Below are positions 18,333 to 25,922 of a stretch of 64,000 nucleotides of DNA, one piece after another (positions within the stretch are counted from its first letter, which is position 1; each line of letters begins with the position of its first letter). This stretch comes from Planctomycetota bacterium (lineage in GTDB: Bacteria; Planctomycetota; GCA-002687715; CAIWVZ01). The notes beneath the pieces were generated by a model. It was given only the letters and a program-made list of their open reading frames with translations. It was not told the DNA's origin and did no database searches. The stretch covers positions 10,480-74,479 of the forward strand of contig JBGANV010000013.1 of assembly GCA_044222185.1 (NCBI GenBank). Direction: 5' to 3'. Position numbers and translations under genes: made by a program.

Positions 18333-19118
18333 CTACGCGCCCTTCTCAAAGCACTCCCACCCGTCCGTTTCATCAACTACGTCGTCGATCAGCTTGTAGG
18401 TGTACTCGTTCGGCGTGCCTGGAGCACTGGAAAAGGCCGCCTCGATGCTTGGAACGGAGAACCGTTGCGCGTCCAGGAGCCTCGCCTGACACATCCCGAC
18501 CGCGCGGTCACGATGCTCGACGAGGTGGAACTCAACCGCGGTGGTGACGAACTCATTCCACACATCAGACTTGGTCAATCGGATCGTGGAGATGGCCCGC
18601 GCGAGATACCCGCTGAGTTGTGCCGTCGTGATCCTTCCGACCGCCGCCAGCGTCGCGAGCGTACGAAGACAGACTGCGCGCGATGCGCCGCGAAGGCCCT
18701 CCTGCTCGGCAAACGCCATCAGGCCGTCTGCGTCGCCGTCAAAGGTCGAGGCGAGCACGGAATGCAGGGAATAGTCGCCCAGCCGGTCGGTGAGGCAGTA
18801 GAGCGTCTCCGGGTCGAACCGAAGGAAGTCGAGAGCCATGGTGTGCGCGCGCACCTCCCGGAACTTGGCGAGGAGGACCAGCGCGAGGCCGGCGCCCTGG
18901 AACTCCCCGTCCGAGACGAACGGACGCCAATCCGCAAGGACGGCGCGGAGGGTCGCGAGGAGGGAACGAACAAGCTGCTCGCCCATCGCTTCCGCCCGTC
19001 GAAGCTGCGCGACTGGGCGAACACCCCCGCACCACGCGATCTCCTTCCAGAGCGCGGTGGCCGCGCGCTGTGGGATGACGGGCAGGTTTCGAGACGAGGT
19101 GGACGATCGGCGTGCCAA
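18333..19118 (-). CDS. DUF1186-family-like protein (no SEC-C tail); start uncertain (TTG 19118)
   Basis: LLAKFRE..A, LAST.DGD, R...L..LA.L...G.I and YKLIDDVVDE..GWECF match my recollection of DUF1186. Confidence 0.6.
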   Translation of the reverse strand: MARRSSTSSRNLPVIPQRAATALWKEIAWCGGVRPVAQLRRAEAMGEQLVRSLLATLRAVLADWRPFVSDGEFQGAGLALVLLAKFREVRAHTMALDFLRFDPETLYCLTDRLGDYSLHSVLASTFDGDADGLMAFAEQEGLRGASRAVCLRTLATLAAVGRITTAQLSGYLARAISTIRLTKSDVWNEFVTTAVEFHLVEHRDRAVGMCQARLLDAQRFSVPSIEAAFSSAPGTPNEYTYKLIDDVVDETDGWECFEKGA

Positions 19119-19179
19119 TGGCCTCTCCGGTGGCCGGCGATCATACTCCGACTCACCGAAGCCGAATGACGGCTGAGTT

Positions 19180-19225
19180 CTTCTTCGTCGCTTCCCCCTA
19201 TAGGAGAGGGGCGACGGCGAAGAAG
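19180..19225. repeat. ~46-bp hairpin CTTCTTCG...CCTATAGG...CGAAGAAG (one of four related copies)
   Basis: Related copies at 18180-18229, 27621-27672 and 27711-27759. Confidence 0.8.
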
Positions 19226-19254
19226 TCCCCCCACAGACTTCAGGCGCGGGAACC

Positions 19255-20130
19255 TCAGCTGACCGCCGCCCTGACCCGCTCCCGATCGACCCGCGCGTAG
19301 ACGAGCGTGCTCGTGATCGACCGATGCCGAAGGGCAGCCTGGACGACCGCGATGTCCCCCGTCCGGCGAAGCAACGCGGTCGCGAACGTGTGGCGACAGC
19401 TGTGCGGCGAGGCCGGTCGGTTGACTCCGGCCTTCGCGAGCCACTCGCAGAACCGACGGTGCACGTGGCGCGTCGTGATCCGCTCGCTGCCGCGACCTGC
19501 AAACAGCGGCCCGGTCGTGCGGTTCCCGAGGTACTCGCGGAGCAGGTCCCGAGTCGCGGCCGGCATGAACACGACCTCGGGCCTGCTGCCCTTGGCCGAC
19601 CGGATCTGGATCTCGCAACGGTCCAGGTCGAGGTCCTCGACGTCGAGCGCGACGGCGGATCCGACCCGTATCCCGGTCGTGAGGAGGACCGTGACGAGGA
19701 CGCGGTCCCGCCGCCCCTCGGGGTTGGTGTCAGCTGCCAGCGCGGCAAGGATGCGCTGCTGGTCGTCCTCCGCGATCGTCTTCGGCGGCGCCACTCCGCA
19801 CAGTGCCCGTCGGACCAGCCGCGCTGGGTTCTGCGCGATCGCCCCTGCCTCGTGCAGGTAGCGGAAGAACACGCGGAGCGAGGTCCGCATGGCGTTCATG
19901 GAGAGCGGACACTTGCTCCCGCCACCCGCTCTCGCCCGCGCCTCGGGGGCGGCCAGGAAGCGCGCGACGGACTCGTGGCCGATCGTCGCAATGTCGTCCG
20001 GCTGGTCGGTGGATGCGAGCCACCGCCGGAACGCACCAACGTGGCGGCGGTACTGGCCGATCGTGTGCGGCGATCGGCCATCGGCATCGAGTTGGACAAG
20101 GAACCGATCGAGGGCGTCTTGGAGGTTCAT
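19255..20130 (-). CDS. XerC/XerD-like tyrosine recombinase
   Basis: SAM-like N-domain, TGIRVGS (R), AKG (K), HSCRH (HxxR), LRH..(H), LVY (Y). GGAG-less but ATG in good context. Confidence 0.92.
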   Translation of the reverse strand: MNLQDALDRFLVQLDADGRSPHTIGQYRRHVGAFRRWLASTDQPDDIATIGHESVARFLAAPEARARAGGGSKCPLSMNAMRTSLRVFFRYLHEAGAIAQNPARLVRRALCGVAPPKTIAEDDQQRILAALAADTNPEGRRDRVLVTVLLTTGIRVGSAVALDVEDLDLDRCEIQIRSAKGSRPEVVFMPAATRDLLREYLGNRTTGPLFAGRGSERITTRHVHRRFCEWLAKAGVNRPASPHSCRHTFATALLRRTGDIAVVQAALRHRSITSTLVYARVDRERVRAAVS

Positions 20131-20187
20131 CTTGGAGGTGCCCTGAACGAGAACGGGCGGGCCTCGCGGACCCGCCCAGGGATCGAA

Positions 20188-20778
20188 TCACCCCGCTGTC
20201 GCGTACGGCAGCGACACGATCACCCCGGCCTTCTGAGCCCATGCCAGCGCGAGCCGAAGTGCGCGGCAGGTCTTCAAGACCGTGGGCATGGCCTTGCCCT
20301 TGCCGCTTTTGGTCTTCGTGACGATCTCGGATGCCTCGTAGGCGGCGATCTCCTCACTCGTGATCGCGCCTGCGACCCGCGAGGCGTCGAAGAACTTCAT
20401 GGCGAGCGCGAGGTCGCCCTCGTAGCTCTTCACGGTCGCGGGCGTCTTGCCGCGAGCACGCATGTCCGAGAGCCAGCCATCGGCGATGGCCTTCAGCGTG
20501 GCGGGGCCGTCCACCCCAATCGCCGCGTGCGGCAGCTCAGGCGGCGTGCCGAATGCGGCCTCAGGCGCGTGGTTCTCCTCAAGCGTGGCGTTCGCGAGCG
20601 GGCCGGCCTCGGCGCCCTTGACCCATGCCGGGGCTTCTGCGACCGGCGTCGCGGCCTTCTTCGCTCGCGGCTTCAACAGCTTCTGGACAACCGCACCGTC
20701 GACCGGCGTGGCATCTGTCGGGGGCGCTTTCTTGGCCTTCGTGGTGCGGGCAGAACTCGATCCGTTTGCGTTCTTCAT
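20188..20778 (-). CDS. Stand-alone integrase core-binding (SAM-like) domain protein with Lys/Ala-rich N-terminus
   Basis: WLSDMRARGKTPATVKSYEGDL...PTV.....LRLALAWAQKAGVI parallels the N-domain of the adjacent recombinase. No catalytic domain. Confidence 0.65.
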   Translation of the reverse strand: MKNANGSSSARTTKAKKAPPTDATPVDGAVVQKLLKPRAKKAATPVAEAPAWVKGAEAGPLANATLEENHAPEAAFGTPPELPHAAIGVDGPATLKAIADGWLSDMRARGKTPATVKSYEGDLALAMKFFDASRVAGAITSEEIAAYEASEIVTKTKSGKGKAMPTVLKTCRALRLALAWAQKAGVIVSLPYATAG

Positions 20779-20878
20779 CGGGGTCTCCATCGCGGCGCAG
20801 AATCGCGTCCGCGTGCGACACATGGAGCCGCCTTTCGCCGATCAGATCCAGCAGATTCTGGGCGCTGAAAGTGCGTAG

Positions 20879-21379
20879 CTACCCGGTGGTAGCGGTCCCT
20901 CCGAATTTGGGTGGCATCCAGGGCGAAAGCTCGGCACGTCGCTGTTCCGCCGCGATCCGCGCGTCCTCAGCATCCGCCTCCTCCATGAGGCGCGCGATCG
21001 TGGAGATGGTGACCTGTCCGTCGGGCCCCTTGCGCAGCGTCCGCTCCGACTCCATGACGACGGTCAACGCCCGCATCAGCGGGGCCGCAGCGGAGGTCGG
21101 CGCGGTCCGCAACGCATCGAGCGCCTTGCGCTGGAGCGCCTGCAGGACCTTCAGGTGGCGCTCGTTCATCTGGTCGAGCGTCTCGACGGCGCGCTTGTCG
21201 GCATTCTCGCGGGCCTGCCGTTCGCGGTCAGCGATGCGCTCCTGCCAACGTTCCTTCGCGGCGCGGGCAGCCACGGCCTTCTTCGACGTCGCGTACTGCT
21301 GCGAGACCCGGGTGTAGCTGCGACCGACGCCGAGGCTGAAGTAATACTCGAACGCGTCCGACGGGAGGCGGCGGGTCAT
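20879..21379 (-). CDS. Terminase-small-subunit-like HTH protein #2 (paralog of #1)
   Basis: RRLPSDAFEYYFSLGVGRSY..V aligns with RKLPSSAFDAYVSLGAARSY..V. W and MNERH/MNARH are shared. Confidence 0.65.
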   Translation of the reverse strand: MTRRLPSDAFEYYFSLGVGRSYTRVSQQYATSKKAVAARAAKERWQERIADRERQARENADKRAVETLDQMNERHLKVLQALQRKALDALRTAPTSAAAPLMRALTVVMESERTLRKGPDGQVTISTIARLMEEADAEDARIAAEQRRAELSPWMPPKFGGTATTG

Positions 21380-21550
21380 GGAAGGCCCTCCGCGAGGGAT
21401 GGCGCGCGGCGGCGGGGCCGGTGATGCGCAGGCTGAGCGGGCATGGGATCTCCAAGTCGTGGGGGTCGCCCGGGTCGTTAACTTGGAGGTGTGCGCGACG
21501 GTCGCGCCTTGGAGGTGACCCGAATGGGCTGGCGCGCATGATACGTCGCC

Positions 21551-22012
21551 GGGGTACGGAAGGTGTACGCGAGGTTACCGCATTGAACTGGCGGCGGGAC
21601 TGTGAGTTACGACGGGGGCCCGTCCACGTCGGAGTCGACCGCCGCGCCTCCGCTCGGGCGCGACCCCCTCGAAACGCCGGGGAATCCGATCGGGTGGGGG
21701 CAGGCCCCTGCGCGTCGACGGACTCCGGCGACCGTTCGGACGCTCGAGCCGCGAGCTGTAACCCGTGGTGGGGACGAGCCCTCCAGCGGTTGGACGATCC
21801 GCCGCTCGTCCAAATCACGGCCGAGAATCGTACACCCTCCGGTCACCTCGCGTATCCCATGCGTCCGCGACTCTGGGAAATGGGACACGGCGACCGCGCC
21901 GTCAGATTCTGCTGCCGACAGACGGTCGCCTCGCGCGGCACGGAAGGCACCGGCCGCCGCTCGCTCTCGCGGTCGGTTGCTTCGGCCGCGTACCCACCTC
22001 CGGTCACTCGCG
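21551..22012. repeat. 11-bp-phased repeat blocks in inverted orientation
   Basis: GGGGTACGGAA/GGTGTACGCGA/GGTTACCGCAT (21551-83). Reverse strand GGGATACGCGA/GGTGACCGGAG/GGTGTACGATT (21826-58). Third related block at 21988-22012. Confidence 0.65.
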
Positions 22013-22074
22013 AGAATCCGCGCGAGATGTCGCGGCAGTTCCTCGCGCGATAGTGACGGGTGATCGCGAGGCGC

Positions 22075-22587
22075 TTACGCCGATGGCGATTGCGGTTGCG
22101 CGGATGACTCCGGACGCTCGGCAATGACCAGCCGAACGATGCGGGACGCCGCAGGCATCGCGGCCAGGTTCGGCGTCGCCTCCGCGCTCGACGGGACATC
22201 CGCGTCCGCTGCCGTTCGCCGGATTCGTTGAGCCGACTCGACCGCGAGCGCCAGGGCTCGGATGTCACGTGCGCTCAGCCCGCGACCACCGCCCGACGAC
22301 GCGCTCCGCAGGTAGCGCAGGATCATGGCTTCGATGGTCTCACCGAGTTGGTCGTGCCGGGCGTTCAGCTTCGCAACGTGCCCCCGGCTGCGCTCCCGAT
22401 CCGCGAACTCCACCTTCGCGTCGATCAGGCGCTTCAGGTCCTCCCATGCGCCCTCGCGGCGCCACTCTCGGACCGTGTTCGTCCTCGTCACGCCACACGC
22501 CTGCGCGATCGCCTCGTCCGTCATCTTGCCGTCAAGCCATAGGTCCCGTGCACGATCGCGCACGGTTGCGGGATAGGGCTCAGTCAT
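22075..22587 (-). CDS. Terminase-small-subunit-like HTH protein #3
   Basis: RARDLWLDG..TDEAIAQACGV...TVREWRREGAW HTH. LNARHD and ALAVESAQRIRR are shared with #1. AAGGAG RBS. Confidence 0.6.
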   Translation of the reverse strand: MTEPYPATVRDRARDLWLDGKMTDEAIAQACGVTRTNTVREWRREGAWEDLKRLIDAKVEFADRERSRGHVAKLNARHDQLGETIEAMILRYLRSASSGGGRGLSARDIRALALAVESAQRIRRTAADADVPSSAEATPNLAAMPAASRIVRLVIAERPESSAQPQSPSA

Positions 22588-22723
22588 GGTTGTTCCCCGC
22601 TCCTTGCGGGTGACCCCGATCGTAGGAGGGGGGTGTCGCGATCTGCGCTTCCCGCCCACGGCAGTTGCGCGGCGGCCGGCGTCGCACCCCAGGCCGTGGA
22701 ACCTGTGCGCGGCGGCCCAACCC

Positions 22724-23158
22724 TCAGGTGGGCAGCGCCGGGACCCCGAGTGGCGGGGGCACGGTCGCTCGCATCTGCGCGAGTGCTTCCCTCACCGACT
22801 GCGCGAACTCCTGAGGGTCCTGACGCTCGACCGGCTCGATACGGACCTTCCGCCCCCATCGGTCCGGGCACTTCCGCTCAAGCCGCCAGGCTGCAGCCTG
22901 CCACTGCGTCTGTGCGGCCTTCCCGATGATGAGCAGGTCGCGCAGCTCAGCTTGCGCCAGCGCCCTTTCTACTGCGTCCGAGAACTCGCGAAACCGTGTC
23001 CCGTCACCCCGCGCGCCGCGACGCAGCCATGCGTAGAGCGTGTCTTTCGAGATGCCGGCCGCAGCTGCCGCGGTCTCGATGTAGGCGCCAGCGTGGATGT
23101 ACTCGACGATCTTCGACTGGATCGCGGGTGTGAGCTTGCAGGGACGGCCGGTCAACAT
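22724..23158 (-). CDS. Terminase-small-subunit-like HTH protein #4 (different family)
   Basis: GRPCKLTP, AAAAAGISKDTLYAW, FREFSDAVERA, WQAAAWRLERK.P..WGR: pattern of phage HTH proteins found just upstream of large terminases. Confidence 0.7.
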   Translation of the reverse strand: MLTGRPCKLTPAIQSKIVEYIHAGAYIETAAAAAGISKDTLYAWLRRGARGDGTRFREFSDAVERALAQAELRDLLIIGKAAQTQWQAAAWRLERKCPDRWGRKVRIEPVERQDPQEFAQSVREALAQMRATVPPPLGVPALPT

Positions 23159-23335
23159 TCGGGTGCTCCGCGTTGAAATGTACTCGTAGGCCGAACGCTT
23201 GGTGGCGGCACCAAGCAGACCACGCCTCACGCCGTCTATCGGGGCCGCCGGACGGCCAGAACGAGACAGGTTCGGCGCGGCTGCAACCGTTACGTCTGTT
23301 TGGTGTACGATCCGCCGGCCCAAGGAGAACCCGGC

Positions 23336-24112
23336 GTGGGGCACAGCAGGCTCTCGAATCTTCCGAGAACGCGGTGGTGGAATGAAGTCGTCGAGCTAAT
23401 CGCTCAGGGCGGCTCCGTTGCTGACGTGGCTGAGAAGACCCTCGATGCTGCACTCGACGGCTTCTCAGCCGCGGCAAACGATCGAGGCGTCATCCAGGCG
23501 TGCTGGCTTCTCATGCAAGTTCCCCTGATTGCGCAGGGAGAGGACGGGCTTGAGCGGCTTGCTGAGATCGGGATCCGCCTCCCAACGGACGCGAGCCCGA
23601 CGGACCTCGCTGCTGCCCTCACGGACGCTGCCGACGAATACCATCACGTCAGCCGTTCGCGGTCAGACCTTGGGGAGATGGCCGAACTCGCCCTCGTTGA
23701 GTCGTTCCATTCCGCTCTCTGGGAGGAGAATGCCACTCTTTTTGGCCCGAGTGCGGCTGACCTGCGCGTTGCGTTGAAGAGGCTCGGCTCTCAGCGGTCA
23801 TTCCAATCGTTGACTCGAACCTTCTTCGCCAATCTCACCAAACGATTCCTCTCATACTTCCTCAGCCGGACCCTCTCGAATCATGTAGGCCCAGAGAAGC
23901 GATTCCATTCGATTAATGAGAGGCTCGCGTTCGACGAGGCCCTCGGCATTCACTGCTGGGAAGCCTCACGGATCGTCGAATCGTACGCGAGCGAATGGCG
24001 CGCCAAGATGGCGTACCACGTAGGGCACCTGAACCCCGAAGACGTGGTCGGGTTCCTGAAGAAATCGACGAAGAAGCTGGCGGCGGAGCTTGTGCGCCGC
24101 GGTGCCCCATGA
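23336..24112 (+). CDS. All-helical partner of QueC-like protein (QatB-like), N-terminus MGHSRL
   Basis: AAGGAG then GTG at 23336. Stop overlaps the QueC-like ATG. Confidence 0.6.
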   Translation: MGHSRLSNLPRTRWWNEVVELIAQGGSVADVAEKTLDAALDGFSAAANDRGVIQACWLLMQVPLIAQGEDGLERLAEIGIRLPTDASPTDLAAALTDAADEYHHVSRSRSDLGEMAELALVESFHSALWEENATLFGPSAADLRVALKRLGSQRSFQSLTRTFFANLTKRFLSYFLSRTLSNHVGPEKRFHSINERLAFDEALGIHCWEASRIVESYASEWRAKMAYHVGHLNPEDVVGFLKKSTKKLAAELVRRGAP

Positions 24113-25815
24113 CCGCGCGTCACCGAATCGTCTGCGGGGCGGTGCCATCAATCGCGGCACATGCGAGTTCCAAGCGCCTGCGCTTCGTCATGGAGGGTCG
24201 AAATGCCAACATTCGCCTCGAGATCGACGCGATTAGCGACCGTCTGGTCAAGTGCATCCCGACGAGGTTCTTAGACCTACTGGAGGTCGCATCATACGTG
24301 TTTGCCGCAGACCAAGCGTGTACGAGAGGTGGAGCCGGTGTCGACAACGTCGGCGCTCGTTGGCGACGCGACTTCGAGTTCCACATCGCTGTTCGCGACG
24401 CGGACTTCTGGAAAAGCGACGAGACATGCCGGGCACTTGAGGAGACGCTCGGCTTTCTCTCAGACGACAACTACAGTTTCGCGTTCTACCCGCTGACAGG
24501 TGAGCGGGTGGAACCAGGCTATTTTCAACTGGATGACGCAGGTCTCAGGCCTGGTGTTCCGGACTGCGTGATGCTGTTCTCCGGCGGTCTCGACTCACTC
24601 GCGGGCGCAGTCCAAGAGTCCCTCGTCGATAAGCGTCGGGCGGTGATGGTCAGCCACGTTTCAAATCCTGTCTATCGGTTGCAGCAGCGTAGGTTGATCG
24701 ACGGCCTTCGCGGCCGGGGCGCCGTTCCATTCCACGTTCCGGTCGAATTGAATACAGCGTATGCACAAGAGGACTCGCAACGGACCCGAGCATTCCTGTA
24801 CGTGTCCCTTGCGGCGGCGGTGGCAAGGGGCCTCAACATCGACACGGTGCGCTTCTACGAGAATGGCGTGACGAGCCTGAATCTACCATTCTCCGCCCAA
24901 CTCATAGGCGCCAGGGCCAGCCGGACGACTCATCCGAAGGCGCTGCGTGGATTCACGCTCCTCCTGGGCCTCGTCTCCGGGCAAAAAATGTCCGTCGAGA
25001 ACCCGTTCATATGGGAAACGAAGACGGACATCGTTCGCCGCATTGACATGGGGTCCTGTCGCGAGCTGATCGAGCATGCGATCAGTTGTAGCCACCCGCG
25101 CTTGCGCAGCAACAGCAAAACGCACTGTGGAGTATGCATGCAATGCATCGAACGGCGGTTCGCCATTTTGGCGGCTGGCCTCGATGAGGCTGATCCAGAA
25201 AGCAAGTACCGAGTCGCGCTCCTTCTCGGACCGCGGAAGGAAGGCAAAGACCGGACAATGGCGGAATCCATCGTCGCCAGAGCGCAACGCGTTGCAACAA
25301 GCTCCCGGGAGAGTTTCGTTGCGGCATTCCCCGAGGTCGCCCGGGCGCTCCGCGCCTTCGTCGGCCGGACCGAGGAAATTGTCGACCGGATCTGGGATCT
25401 CTACCGGCGAAACGCGCAAGACATCATGGGAGTCCTCTCGGATGGGCTGAAAGCGCACGCGGACGAGTTCGTTGCGAAGCAGATCGACCGCACGTGTCTG
25501 TTGATGCTCGCTGGCGGGTTCGGCGAAGATGCGAGCTTACGCGGCCGGGTGAGCAGCGCCGCGAAACTGGCAACCGCGGTGGTCGCGATAGCGGCACCGG
25601 AGAACCAAGGCGTCCCCGTCGCGGAGTTGGCGCGGCGCACGAAGATCCCGCGATCGTTCTTCTACGAGAACCCCGCAATCAATCGGTTGAGGCAGGAGCA
25701 GAAGGGGCGTGCGTTTCAGTTCCGCGCTGAGCGTTCGGAGAGCCCGTCGCGCCCGTCGCGGAACCATGGACAATCAGTCCAAGGCGACGACGCACCCGAC
25801 AGCGACGATTCCTAA
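24109..25815 (+). CDS. QueC-family PP-loop ATPase (QatC-like) with C-terminal HTH extension
   Basis: DLLEVASYVFAAD, LFSGGLDS, QRTRAFLY, ENG..SLN, TTHP, NPF...TK, SC...HCGVCMQCIERR. Confidence 0.85.
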   Translation: MTARHRIVCGAVPSIAAHASSKRLRFVMEGRNANIRLEIDAISDRLVKCIPTRFLDLLEVASYVFAADQACTRGGAGVDNVGARWRRDFEFHIAVRDADFWKSDETCRALEETLGFLSDDNYSFAFYPLTGERVEPGYFQLDDAGLRPGVPDCVMLFSGGLDSLAGAVQESLVDKRRAVMVSHVSNPVYRLQQRRLIDGLRGRGAVPFHVPVELNTAYAQEDSQRTRAFLYVSLAAAVARGLNIDTVRFYENGVTSLNLPFSAQLIGARASRTTHPKALRGFTLLLGLVSGQKMSVENPFIWETKTDIVRRIDMGSCRELIEHAISCSHPRLRSNSKTHCGVCMQCIERRFAILAAGLDEADPESKYRVALLLGPRKEGKDRTMAESIVARAQRVATSSRESFVAAFPEVARALRAFVGRTEEIVDRIWDLYRRNAQDIMGVLSDGLKAHADEFVAKQIDRTCLLMLAGGFGEDASLRGRVSSAAKLATAVVAIAAPENQGVPVAELARRTKIPRSFFYENPAINRLRQEQKGRAFQFRAERSESPSRPSRNHGQSVQGDDAPDSDDS

Positions 25816-25922
25816 GTTCAAGCGAGCCAACGGCCGCCGTATTCGTCGACCCGACAGGTAGTCAACAAGTTCGGGTCCGGTCCAGAGCCTTGGGCGTTGA
25901 TGCCCAGCTCCAAGGACCCGAG

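Noticed and set aside
18180-19326. Diversity-generating retroelement TR/VR pair
   Set aside because: Mismatches are mostly synonymous and not adenine-specific; no reverse transcriptase in the window.
19119-19748. N-terminal part of the 471-aa ORF 18333..19748
   Set aside because: Alternate-frame overlap with the recombinase; only the C-terminal DUF1186-like part looks like protein.
18180-20130. Classical integron (intI + attC)
   Set aside because: The recombinase is short with no visible IntI-specific insertion. The hairpins lack consistent RYYYAAC/GTTRRRY ends (a single GCCTAAC sits inside one copy only).
21228-22268. ORFs 21421..22053, 21228..21818 and others in this spacer
   Set aside because: Arg/Pro/Ser-rich GC-driven frames with no recognisable motif or RBS.
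23197-23216. Perfect 8-bp hairpin GCTTGGTG-GCGG-CACCAAGC between divergent genes
   Set aside because: A single short palindrome with no U tract or second copy; could be an operator but cannot be supported.
24109-25815. Housekeeping queC for queuosine synthesis
   Set aside because: About twice the usual length, with QatC-like extra regions, inside a mobile element and without other que genes.
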